A DNA stretch of 64,000 bases from the human T2T-CHM13v2.0 reference genome, Homo sapiens: the NCBI GenBank assembly GCA_009914755.4, contig CP068257.2:29248001-29312000 (forward strand), written 5' to 3'. Below the pieces are notes generated by a model. The model was given only the letters and a program-made list of their open reading frames with translations, had not been told where the DNA came from and searched no databases. Below, in pieces: positions 27,840 to 40,835 of this stretch (position 1 is the first letter of the stretch; each line of letters begins with the position of its first letter). The position numbers and the translations under genes were made by a program.

Positions 27840-28560
27840 TTGAAACTGTACCTTTTGGCCAACATTTCATTCTCCAATCCCCACCTCCAGCCTTTGGTAA
27901 CCATCACTCTATTCTCTACTTCTATGAGATTAACTTTGTTATATTTCACATATAAGTGAGATCATGCAGTATTTGTCTTCTGTGCCTGGCTTATTTCACT
28001 TAGCAAAATCTCCTCCAGGTTTATCCATGTTGTCACAAATGACAATTCCCTTCTTCTTATGGCTGAATATATTTCATTTTGTATATACACTACATATTCT
28101 TATTCATTCATCCATAATGGACACTTAGGTTGATTCCATTCTGGTTAACTTTTTGTTACTGATTTGTAGTTTAATTGGTCTTCACTCAGTGACATTTTCC
28201 ATATGATTTCAACCCCTAGAAATTTCAGGGAACTTGCTTTATGGTCTTGCATGTGGTCAATTTATGTCAATATTCCATGTCTGCTTGAAAACAAAGTTCA
28301 TTTTACACTTGTTGAGTACAGTTCTCATGTATTTAATTAGGTGGTAGTTACTCATGTTTTTTAATTCTATTTTCTTACTGATATTTCTGTCTGGTTGCCC
28401 ATGCATTTTTTGAGAGAGGCGCTTTTAAATGTTTCGCTATGATTAGGAATTTTTCCACTTCTGATAATTTTTGCTTTATATAAGTCTATGTTATTAGGTA
28501 TATGCAAACATGGAATTTTTATCTTCTTGTGAATTGAATATTTTATTATTTCCAACACTT
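27840..28560 (-). mobile_element. Old L1 3'-region fragment in antisense orientation. The surrounding 25.8-29.9 kb AT-rich stretch is probably largely decayed antisense L1.
   Basis: ccccacctccagcctttggtaaccatcactctattctctacttctatgagattaactttgtt...tgcctggcttatttcacttagcaaaatctcctccaggtttatccatgttgtcacaaatgacaa...tcattcatccataatggacacttaggttg is the reverse complement of the conserved L1M/L1P 3' region. Confidence 0.55.
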
Positions 28561-31189
28561 CATCTGTATTTTATTTATTTTTTGTCCTAAAATGTATGTT
28601 GCCTGGTATGTAAATATATATACAAACTTTCCTTTGGTAGGGTTTGCATGGTATATCTTTTCTCATCTGTTTTCCTTTTAACCTTATATTTTTGAGGCAT
28701 GTCATTTATAAGCTATAAATTGTTAACGTTTTATCCCATTTGACAAACTTTGTGTTCTAATTGGACAGCTTAGTTCATTGACAATTAATATAATTAGTGA
28801 CATATTTCAATTTGCATCTACTGTCATACTCAGTCCCTTCTATTTATCTAACCTGTTCTTTTTTTTCTTTATCCTTTTAGATAAAATATTCTTATTATTC
28901 CACTTTTTATCACTATTAGCTTAGTGCTAATATCTGACCTTACTATTCTTCACTTATTTCCCTAAAAATTACATTATTCATCCTTCAGTTATCAAAATCT
29001 AACGTTACATGGGACTTTTTGGCTCTTCCAGAGGAAGGTAAAAAATTGAAACATTTTTAATTTCATTAATTCCCCTCCCATTTATATAATATTGTCATAT
29101 TTTCTCATAAGGTTCTACTTTTATGTTTTACATAGTCATTAAACATTTACATTTCTTCATCTGTTTCTCATTTTTATTGTTCTTTATTTCTTCCTGTATC
29201 TCACATTCTGAGCCTGAATAATCTTTCTCTGTCTTTGGCATAGATTACAGGTGATGAATTCTGCCAGGTTTTACTTATCTAAAAATGCTGTTTATCTATT
29301 TTTGGATGTTATTTTCCCTGGATACAAAATTCACAGTAGCAAGTTATTTACTATGAGCACTCTGAGAACTCTGAAGATAACATTTTATTACCAGCTAGCT
29401 TTCATTGTTTCAATTCTGCAGTCAGCTTGTCACTAATAGTTGTCCCTTTGAAAGTAGTTTGGCTTTTTCTCCTCTGAATGTCTGAATGCTTTTATTATTT
29501 TTCTTTGTTTTTGGCTTTCAGATGTTTTAATACGACAAGCTCAGGTTTGTTTGTTTGTTATTCTCTTGCTCAGGATCTGTAGGGATGATTGAATATGTGA
29601 CTTTATGGTTTTTGCTAACTTTAGAGAATTCTCAGATTCAATCTCATCATATATTGCTTCCAGCCCATTATCTCTCTTTTATGCTCCAGGGGATCCAACT
29701 CATTTTTTTCAATGTTGTTTTCACTCTCTTCTCTGTTTCCTAATTTTAACTCTCCATATTTCACTTTGTATTTTGCAGTTGTAGATTTACATGTGGTTCA
29801 TTTTTACAGTTACTACTTTCTTGCCAAATTTTTCAACGTTTTATTTTATTTTCTGGAGCATATTAAGCATAGCTATTTTAAAATTTAGATTTGATAATAT
29901 CATTATTTGAAGCTCCTGTAGGTTTTTCTTTGGTCATTAATTTGGATTTTGATCTATGTTGTTTTGTCACCTGCTTATTTTCTGTTGAATACCAGACATT
30001 ATTAGTTCGAAAATTGGAGAAATAATTATACAAGTTGTAGAAATAATAGGAATCCTGTGTTATCTTCTTCCAGGAAAAAAAAAATCTTTTCTTTTTCTAG
30101 TAGATGTCCAAGGTAACAAATAATCTGGACTTGCCTTGAATTCAATTTCAGGAATTAAAATAATTCAAAGTGTGGCTTCAGTCCTTGCAAGGACTCTTCT
30201 AATTCAAATTTACCCCAACTCCCAGAGCATAACCTTTTGGGTTCTCAACTTAAAATAGGGAGTTTTACAATGTTCCAACAGAAGGTACCTCAATTTTTTT
30301 CTCCCAAGCCACAAAAAACTTCCAAAATTTCTTCCCAGTTATCTTGGCTTCTCAATTTTCTTTTCCAGATTTTGGTAGCTACCTCTAAGTAAAAAATACC
30401 CCTCAATGCCAGTCTCACTTCTCTGAGTGAGTCAACCCAATTGCTTCTCTAATAACTTCAAGCAGATAAACTCTTTTTTTCTTTGACATTTTGTCCAGAT
30501 TTTCTAATTGTTCTCAACAGGAGGTTTAACTCAGATTAACTACCTCATCATTCCTGGAGAATAATAACTCATTGGTTTCAAAATCCAGGCTTTTTTTTCT
30601 GAATTCTCATTCTCCTTTAACTCTCTGAGGCACTCAATTCTGTTGCTTAATTTCTTACTTGAAATTTTTCATTTTCATCACATTATACATTTCTGATTTT
30701 TAAAATTTTCTTATTGCTCTATATATTTCTACATATACTCTATATTCCTTCCTCACTTATTTTACAGGACTATGTTTATTTTTATACATGTTCTTTTATA
30801 TAGGTGTATCTCAGGATAAATAACCCTTCTAAATATATCCCTTCAATAAGTGGATCTACTCCTACAGCTACAGTTACATGGATGATTTCTACATCTTCAT
30901 CTTTAGTCCTAAAATATCGTTTATGCTCACATCTCATATTTTAAACTTCCTAGAAGACATCTTCATTTAGATAGTCAGTCACCACCTCTCTCTAAGCATG
31001 TCTGTTACCTCCCTTCCAAGCCAATGTTTCATCACAACTAAACTATTTTGAAGGGTCCAGGCCACTGGGCAGGGACAGAAACAAACACAGAAAAGGAGCA
31101 GAAGAAGGCATACGTGCCAAAAAGAGCCACATTAAGCTAGTTGGTGACTTCCTGGATTTAGGAAATAGAGAAGAGAGAATTGAACATGA

Positions 31190-31492
<303 letters not shown>

Positions 31493-31595
31493 GATCCCAG
31501 GTTTTCTTGATTGAAAGATGAAAAAGTGCCTTCATTTGATATAAATTAGTTAAATGGGAAGAGAACAGTTTGGGAGAGAGAGGTGCTGTGTGTGT

Positions 31596-31715
31596 CTTCT
31601 TTTCTTTTTTTCTTTTTAGTGACAGATTCTTGCTATGTTGCTCAGGCTGGCTTTGAACTCCTAGGCTCAAGTGATCCTCCCACCTCAGCCTCCAGAGAAC
31701 TTGGGACTCCAGGTG
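31596..31715 (-). mobile_element. Alu left-monomer-like fragment (FLAM/FRAM-like or truncated Alu), minus orientation
   Basis: tttttagtgacagattcttgctatgttgctcaggctggctttgaactcctaggctcaagtgatcctcccacctcagcctccagagaacttgggactccaggtg. Confidence 0.6.
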
Positions 31716-33379
31716 GTGCCCATCCTGCCTGGATATGTGCTTGTGTTCTTGTCACCCACCTTCCTATCCCCACACCCGCCCTTCACCGTCACCTCCATTA
31801 GAAATATATTCTGAATAATGTTTTCATATTCCTCCTCCTAAAACACAACATTCTCACATCACTCCAAATATTAAGAATCTAGAGTGTCTCCTGTTACCTT
31901 CTGTACAGACTCCAAACTTCTCTGCTGAATTTTCAAGGTCATTTGTAATCTGTTTCCACTCTACCTAGCCATTATTTCCCATGATGCAACCTCTACTCTA
32001 ATCAATAACTTTCCTCAAAAATTTCATCTTTCTCATTTCCAGAAGCTGGGAAGTCACAAAATCCACTCTAACAAGAAGTAAAAAGCTGAACAAGCTGAAA
32101 AAGCAACAATGCTTCTTAGGTTCATCGGGGAAATGAGGTGACAGGGCGAATCATAACCCCCCAAATTGGAAAGACAGACAGGTGGAAACCAAGAGTCACA
32201 ACTTACTGGAGCAGAAACCTATAAGCAGAAACTCTGGGCAGATAGAAAAACCCAAACTCTCATTGATGAATTTCTGGAGGCTCAGTGTGGACAAGTCTGA
32301 GAGTTAAAAACTTCATGGGAGGCTCAGGCATAAGGGGTCCCCTCTGTTTTTGTGAATTTTACCTCCAGAAGCTCTGCTAGGTTCTCACAGTGAAGACTGG
32401 AGAAAAATCCCCTCATGCTCCTGGCAGGGAGCAGTAAAAAGCTACCACTTTGAAATACACAGAGTCTTCTATTCTTCATAACAAAACTCTCCATCAAGAG
32501 AAACTATTATACTCTTTAAAGCCATCAGAGAACAGCAGACTAAAGAATGCTAAATAAACTAAATTCCTAAAGAAATGAGTCCTTCCTGAATTAGCCAAGA
32601 CTGGTGGCCTCTACCAACCCTAAAGTGAGAGCACAGCAGTCAGAATGACTCTGCACTAAGCAGAAGAAGTGTTCTACAATAGAAAAAAAGAAAATCACCT
32701 TAACAGCCACAGGGAGGCTGGCATGGCTGACTTCAATCTAGAGGACTCCCAAACAAATATTGGTCTTCCTCGCTTCACAATTCTTTCCCACATAACTTTA
32801 GCGGAATAAATGACAGCACTAGGACCCTAGGATCAGGAAGGGAAAGGGGAGAAAGAGGGAAGGGAAGAGATATCTTTAGTTCTGGGTAATTCAATTTCAA
32901 AATTCTGCTTAAAGATATTAACACCAGAAGTTAATTGAGACTGCCTAGAGTCAACCAACCCATTACTGAACCCAGCTTCTGGTTTGATTGGATACTTTAA
33001 TTCCTCACTCTAGCTGCCTTTAAAAAAAAATGGAAAGGCAAGCCTTTTCTGAGTTCATGAATATCTAATTTTGTTTCTACTGCTGTTTCATATACAAGGT
33101 CTAGTATATAATAAAATATTATAATACAGGTAAAGAAGTAAGAAAATATGACCCATAATTAAGACAAAAATAGTCACTAGAAGGAGACCCAAAGATGACC
33201 CAAATGTTGAACTAACTTTAAAAACACCATATTAATTTTATTAACTTACATTATATTTAACTCTATTACTTAGAGGAACAATGAGGCCTTTCAGCATAAA
33301 AAAGAACTAAAGTATTATTATTAGGTGGACTTAACGGAAGACTAGACAGAGCAAGAGAACGGGACAGTGTACTGAAAAA

Positions 33380-34000
33380 TAAGACAATAGAATTAGTTTT
33401 CCAAATTGAAGCATGAGAGAAAAAAGGAATAGAAACAAATCAAAGCACACAAACAGAAAATCACAGACATGAAGGGAAAACATGAAATTGTCTAATTTAT
33501 ATGCAATTGGAGTTACAGAGCAGAGAAGAAAGAAAATGGAGGAAGAAACTTTAAAGAGATCATGGCTGAGAATTTTCTAAAATTTAAAGTCATCAACTCA
33601 CAAATCCAAGAATGCAGCAAACATTAAAGATAATTTTTAAAATAAAATTTAAAAGTAGACACATTATAGTTCAAACAGCTGTATAGCCAGACTTAAGAGT
33701 CCGTCTTCAAAGCATTCAGATAAAAAGACTCATTCTGTTCACAGAAACTACATTGACAATAATTACTAACTTCTCATCAGAAGAAAAAGAAAAATGGGAG
33801 ATAATGGAATAATTTCTTACTATAGCCAGCAACAAATTATTCAAAAAATGAAAGTGAAATAAAGATGTTTTCAGACCAATAAAAGCTCAGGAAGTTCATT
33901 GCTACAAGAAATAGTAAAGGAACTTCCTCACAGTAAAAGAAGGAATGGAGACAATGGAGAAAGGCCAACCACACTGCAAAGTTTATCATGCCTCGCTGTT
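33380..34000 (+). mobile_element. Old L1 (L1M-type) ORF1/inter-ORF fragment
   Basis: ...tctcatcagaagaaaaagaaaaatgggagataatggaataatttcttactatagccagcaacaaattattcaaaaaatgaaagtgaaataaagatgttttcagaccaataaaagctcaggaagttcattgctacaagaaatagtaaaggaacttcctcacag parallels the L1 ORF1 C-terminal consensus. Confidence 0.5.
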
Positions 34001-34093
34001 GGTTCGGACCCTCATTCCTCATCACGACGCGGTCTCAGTGTGGAGCAGAAAGCAGCGAAAGGTACATACTCTGAAGGAGAAACAACTGCAGGT

Positions 34094-34466
34094 TGTCTCA
34101 GTCTGTTCTCATACTGCTATAAAGAAATACCTGAGACTGGGTAATTTATAAAGGAAAGAGGTTTAATTGACTCACAGTTCCCCATGGATGGGGAGGTTTC
34201 AGCAAACTTACAGTCATGGCAGAAGAAGGGGAAACAAGGACCTTCTTCAGAAGGTGGCAGGAAAGAGCAGACAGCAGGGGAAACTGCCACTGATAAAATC
34301 ATCAGATTTCGTGAGAACTCACTCACAATCACGAGAACATCCTGGCGGAAACTGGCCCCCCATGATCCAATCATCTCTCACCAGGTCTCTCCATTGACAT
34401 ATGGGGATTAGGGGAATTACAATTTGAGATGAGATTTGGGTGGGGACACAGAGCCAAACCATATCA
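34094..34466 (-). mobile_element. MaLR (THE1/MST-type) solo LTR, minus orientation, inserted in old L1 sequence
   Basis: Reverse complement begins TGATATGGTTTGGCTCTGTGTCCCCACCCAAATCTCATCTCAAATTGTAATTCCC and ends ...GAGAACAGACTGAGACA. The plus strand shows gtctcagtctgttctcatactgctataaagaaatacctgagactgggtaatttataaaggaaagaggtttaattgactcacagttccccatgg. Confidence 0.7.
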
Positions 34467-35201
34467 CAGGTTAAAATGGTCAATAAAAGCAAAGGTGAAT
34501 ACTTGGTATTTGTTTGCCTTTAAAGAATGGCAGCAACAGAGAAACTCTCAGAGCTGGAGACTGGGTGATATACACATGAGGTATTACAGAGCTGAAAGCC
34601 CATATGATGGCTCAGTTTTCCTCATTGTGGCAAGCTCAACCCAATGATTGGGCTAATTGGAAAAAAGAGGGTCACCCCTCCCCCAAAAGAATAGTATTGC
34701 CTAATGTTAGGGAAACTGGTACCCAGCTGAATGGTTTCAATAGTACAGAAGGGAAATGTCAAAAGACAAAAATGTTGTAATCTTGAAGGCAAAACTCTTA
34801 TTTTCAGAAAAGATAATTATTTGTCTGGAAAAGGTAGAGATTACATCGAGAAATTATTACAAATGTGATACTTTAGTACGATGATTGTTCATAAGTAAAA
34901 ATACCAAAATCAAGTGTTTTCTCATAAGCCAAAAATACGCAATGAGAAAACATTTATAAAAAGCATATTAATAAATTTAATGTGAAGTGTAATAATTTTA
35001 CATAACTTATAGCACTAAAGGCCATTCACTTTACACCTGTGCATTTAAAAAATAAATAAAAAGTTAAAGATATTAATTCTCTCCCAATTTATTTGCAAAT
35101 TTAATGCAATCCTAATCAAAATTCCGGCTTAAAAGAGAAAAAGTCATGAAAGCAGCAAGGCATAAAACAGTAAAGTCAAAACAATAGAATAGAATCGGGA
35201 A

Positions 35202-35504
<303 letters not shown>

Positions 35505-35714
35505 GAATAGAATCAGGAAACAGATATCAGGTAATTTTGCATTTATATGGCAATTTAGGAAATAATTAAAGGATCAGTCTCAATAGTGGAGAAAGGATGG
35601 ACTACTTCCAGTAAAATAATGTTAGTGTAACTAATAAGCCATTTGGAACATTTTATTAATACCTAAGAAATACAGAAGGCTCAAAATTTAAACATTTCTT
35701 TAAAAAAAACTTTC

Positions 35715-36020
<306 letters not shown>

Positions 36021-39000
36021 TCACTTATAGTATATAGCTTAACATTCAATCCTTGGAGTGCCTGGTAATAGAAGACTCTTAATAAAAAGATTGCTGAATA
36101 ACTGAATAAAAACAGAGCCATATTTAGGGGCTGTATTCCATCCCTACAAAAGCTAGAAAATGAGTGTTTAATAAGGAAACTGTGAGTTTATATTTGAGTT
36201 TGGAACAACTGAGTTTAAGATACATATTGTACCCTTTTTATTTCCCCTGCAGCAACTAATACAATTTTAGGATCTACATACTAAAGCTTCAGTAAATAAA
36301 GTATTGATTGATTCAACATAAATACTATGGTTTATTTCTAAATGGCAAGGAAAAATCACATGTAAGAGGTTTCCATTTGAAAGAATTCCACTATTCATCA
36401 AAATTTTCATCTATTCTCAAGATTGTTTATTTTAAACTAGGTTTGGAGTAGCAAAGCATATGAATTTTATATTAGAAAACATGAGAAGGATATAAAAGTT
36501 TGTTTTCTGCATTCTTTCAAAATTCTTATTTTGAAGGCCTTCTGGGCAAATAAACTATTGGAACTTGTCATCATTTAAACTATGTCCTATAAAGATGAAA
36601 TCAGTAAGATTTAGAGCACTGCTTGCACCGCACAGCGCATGTTTTAGTAAATACTCAAAATGGATTTCTCTCCCAAAGAAAAAGCTTAAATTAAGTAAAT
36701 TACTAGATGACAATTTAGCAGTATGTGTCTCAGAAGTCTGAGGGTGGAGCAGATACGTTGGGTTCCCCAGCTTGCCTTCGGGGTGGTTTTATTTTAGGCT
36801 TACAATCCAGAAGTCTAGAAATGAGTGATTCAATCTAGTAATTCTGGTTTTGAGTCTAAAATGTTGCTCTAAGAAGAGTCTTTCACTTTCTACATTTGGG
36901 ATACCATTATTCTGCTTCACTGGAAGTAAAGAGAATGGACTGGCCAGGAATGGCCAAAGATATCTGGAAGGATAACTTGATCTAATAGCTCCCTTATACA
37001 GGTGCATAAGTAGAAACTTAACATTCTTATAAAATCTTGAGAGGGACAATCATATCGCTTAGTCACATAACAATCTATTACATAGCTGAGATCTGCAAAG
37101 GAAAGAGAAATTTTATATCGGAGAGGGGCCAGGGATGAAAGAGGGGAGGACCACTTTGAAGCATAGAACACTCTCAGAGAAGGCTAGTGTAGTAAGAAGG
37201 TGGTGATCCAGTGAAAAGATGTCAACAGGACTCTGTAGGTCCAGGATTCAGGATCAGGACAGAAAAGTTGCTGGGAAGCAGGAGATGGTAGAAGAAAAAT
37301 AGCTGAAAAGGTTGTAGTGGGGACATGGTGACAGTCCAAAGTCCATTCCAAACCTCCTTGTTTTGTTGCCTCAAAGTTGTGAGAGGAATTAAAATCAACT
37401 TCAGAGGTAGAATTTAAGTATTTTAAATCAATCATTCTCAAAATGCCATGGTCCTGAACTAGCAGTATTAGCATTAGCTGAAAGTGGTTAGAAATGCAAA
37501 TCATGAACTGGCCCCACCCCAGACTTACTGAGACTCTGAAAGTGAAGTCCAGTGGACCATGTTTCAAAAAGCCCTGCAGATGGGTCTGATGCTCCCTCAA
37601 ACCTGGGAAACAATGGTTTAAACCCATTGTGGTAATTCAATCCCTTGAGACAGTGAAATGGCCTAGGTCAAAGGGTACACATATTCTCCCAGAATCGATT
37701 TTCAGATCGCGGCTAGATGCATGGCCTAAGCTGACCTCATCTAACCAAAGAGAAGATTTCTCTCTGTATTCTGCCTCCCTACCCCCCAAGAAATAAATAA
37801 TTTGGCACTTAGTTACCATTGCCTCATCAAGAGAGGGAATAAAGCTTAGAAAGATGCTGTCTCAGTTCGTTTGGGGCTGCTATAACAGAATACCTAAGAT
37901 CAAGTAATTTATAAGAAACAGAGATTCATTTTTTACAGTTAGGGAAGCAGGGAAGTCTAAGGTCAAGGGTTGCATCTGGTGATAGCCTTTGTGCTATGTC
38001 ATCTCATGGCACAAGGTGAAACAGCAAGAAAGCATACATGTCTGAGAAAGAGGAAGGGGGCCAAGCCCATCCTTTTATCAGGAACCCATTCCATTGATAA
38101 TTATCTATCCCCACCATAACAGCACTAAACAACTCATGAAGGCAGAGCCTCTTAAAGGTCCCACATCTCAACACTCTTGCAATGGGATTAAGTTTCCAGC
38201 ACATAGCTTTGGGGGACACATTCAAACTACAGCAGATGCCAATTCTTCAAATGCCTGCCTGTAGAGGACAGGCAAAGAGACAATGTTCAGTGACATTGAA
38301 TCACAGGGTCAACCAACCTAAGTCTGCCCTACCCAATGACACTTCATAGCTGAGCAAATAAACTTCCTCATTGTTTAAGCCCTTGTAAGTCAGATTTTCT
38401 GAAATGTTTCCTCACTGATGGAGGTCACAATCTTCACTACTTGACAAGTGTCACTAGTCTGGTATCACCAACCTAAAGTCAAATGCTGGCGTGAAAAATC
38501 AATAAAGGCATGCAAGTGAAAAGTCAGTAACATTGTAGGCACAATAGAACTTTAAGTAAAATGACAGGTGTGAAATATAAAGAGATAGTCCCAACTATCC
38601 AACAACCAATGGAGTAGATATAATTCATAGTAAAGCTCCCTCCCACATTTCTAACAACAGAATTTGAAAGAGATTTTGTAAAACATATAAACTGGTATTT
38701 CCTTTATAAAATAGACAGTGCAGGATAAGACCATGGAAGGAAAACTAAGGGCAACTTTTGGATCACCTTTCCCCTCTACTTACTTCTATAAAATGAAGTA
38801 AAATAGACCGAATGGCCTCAGAGAGGATGACCAACTAACTCTCCAAACTCACTCAGGACTGGAGTTTCTCTAGACATGTGCCTTTCAATGCTTAAAGCAG
38901 TTACAAACACACCAGGATGGTTGGTTACTTTCCTCTGTGGACAAGTCTTGGACCAGAATTTAAGTCAATTAGATTTGAAAATTAACATTCTTTAATGTTT

Positions 39001-40689
39001 AGGGAGAGTCAGGTGACTATTTTCCCTGAAGAATCATATTGTGTTGACACCCAGTTACATCCTCCTTCACATTGAGTGTTAACATCATTCTCACGGCTGT
39101 ATCTAAATTAGCTTTCTTAGGGCACTGGCCAGGTGTAGCCTCTCAGAATGCTCTCAGCTGGAAAATGGAGGGCACTTCCAATTCCTTCGACCCATCTTTC
39201 TGTAATCATTTCAAATTTCCATTTTCCCTAGGGTATTATGTTAAATTTCATTCTCATGAGAGCTCTTGGAAAAAGCTCTGACTAAAAACTTTCCCACCAA
39301 TAGCTTGCCCCCAAAGACTATGCAGTTGGAAACTGAAACTCACTTTTGAAAGACAAAACAAAAGCATCCTTGCAAATGGATGGCAGACTGGACGCATGCC
39401 CTGTTTCTGTCCCCAGGTATTCTCCTCTTCCAGCAACACGTATGATATCCAGAGATCACAAAATAAAATGTGAATGTTTTCACTAGATCAAATAAATGAG
39501 GCACAAAATAGCATAAGAACTTATTCATTACACAAATTGTATTAGTAAATTAGAGGCAGAATTGGAAAAAACATGTGTTTACCCACATTCCAGAAATATC
39601 TTGACTCTCTCTATGCCTAAACCAACTGGGCAAAATTAGTAGAAACATTATATAAAAACAAAATACAAAACAGTAAATTTATTGTCTCTCGAAATTAAAA
39701 TAAACACAGAAAGAAACATTACGGTTTCAATTTTATCAGCATTAACAACACAATTTAGCTTGAAAACACTAATAGGAAGAAAAGAGGATTGTGATATTAT
39801 TACTACATAAAGAGCCAAATATTTACTTTCATGGTTCTTAGTCTTTTAACCTTCTTACCTGTTACTAAATACATGATGCTCTGAAATTTGTTTTGGCATT
39901 ACTAAAGAATATCCATTGTGTAGAATTGCAAACACTGCTGGTAGTCTTGACATTTAAGGAGCAGGTGGTCTGACGAAATGCTCCAGCATTCTATAACCTA
40001 ACAATTTGGATTCCATACCTGAACAAACAGGGAAAGAGTAGGTTAAATTTCCTGACCCCTGAAGTTTTCCAAAGGGCAAATTTAATAACTGCATTCCCAG
40101 TTGGTGATTGGGAGGTGGGAGAGAAGAGGGTTGAGGAAGCTCTTGGAGGATTAAAAAGCTACTGTGACAGCTGCCCACAACACACTATGCTGGTGAGAAG
40201 CAGGATGAAGAGCAATCACCCCAGAGAATTAAGTGGCTGCAGTGGTGCTGCCAGAACTTGGCTGAGAAATAACGCTTCCACAATCTTAGAAATAAGTGCT
40301 GAAATTTGCCAACTGATCTTCCTCTTTTAGGAGAATCAAGGTTATAAAAACAGAGCAATGCATTTGATTAATACAATTAATACATGCTTTTTGCTAGACA
40401 GAACAATAATGTTTAAACACACCAAACTAAGCTTCTTTACTGAAGCACAAAATGATATGATCTAACTGATAAACTCAAGGTTCAAACCCTAAGGACATCA
40501 CTGCACTTGACAAGACTGTGTATTATTATAGAACTAATGACCATTCTCTCCAGGACCAATGCATCTGTGTCATTGTCCCTTGCAATTTAATAGTTAATAT
40601 GTGTTAGTGTACTATGTTGCAGGCAGTGTTTTGACTAATTTAAGCCTCATAACAATGAAAGGAGGTCGGGGTACTATAATTGTTACCAT

Positions 40690-40835
40690 TTAACAGATAA
40701 AGAATCAAAGTTACACAGATATTAGATACATCACCCAAAGTTACCTCTCTAGTGACTAACAGAGCTGAACTTAAACCCAAGAAGTCTGGCCTGGATGTCC
40801 ACACCCCTAAACCACTATAATATATTGTTTTCCTG
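40690..40835 (-). mobile_element. MIR SINE fragment (minus)
   Basis: ccatttaacagataaagaatcaaagttacacagatattagatacatcacccaaagttacctctctagtgactaacagagctgaacttaaacccaagaagtctggcc matches the reverse complement of the MIR core (ccattttacagatgaggaaactgaggcacagagaggttaagtaacttgcccaaggtcacacagctagtaagtggcagagc.gggattcgaacccagg). Confidence 0.55.

Noticed and set aside
37184-37627. 147-aa minus-strand ORF
   Set aside because: No recognisable family, no flanking promoter or polyA logic, and composition typical of random AT-moderate sequence. A chance ORF of this length is expected a few times in 64 kb x 6 frames.
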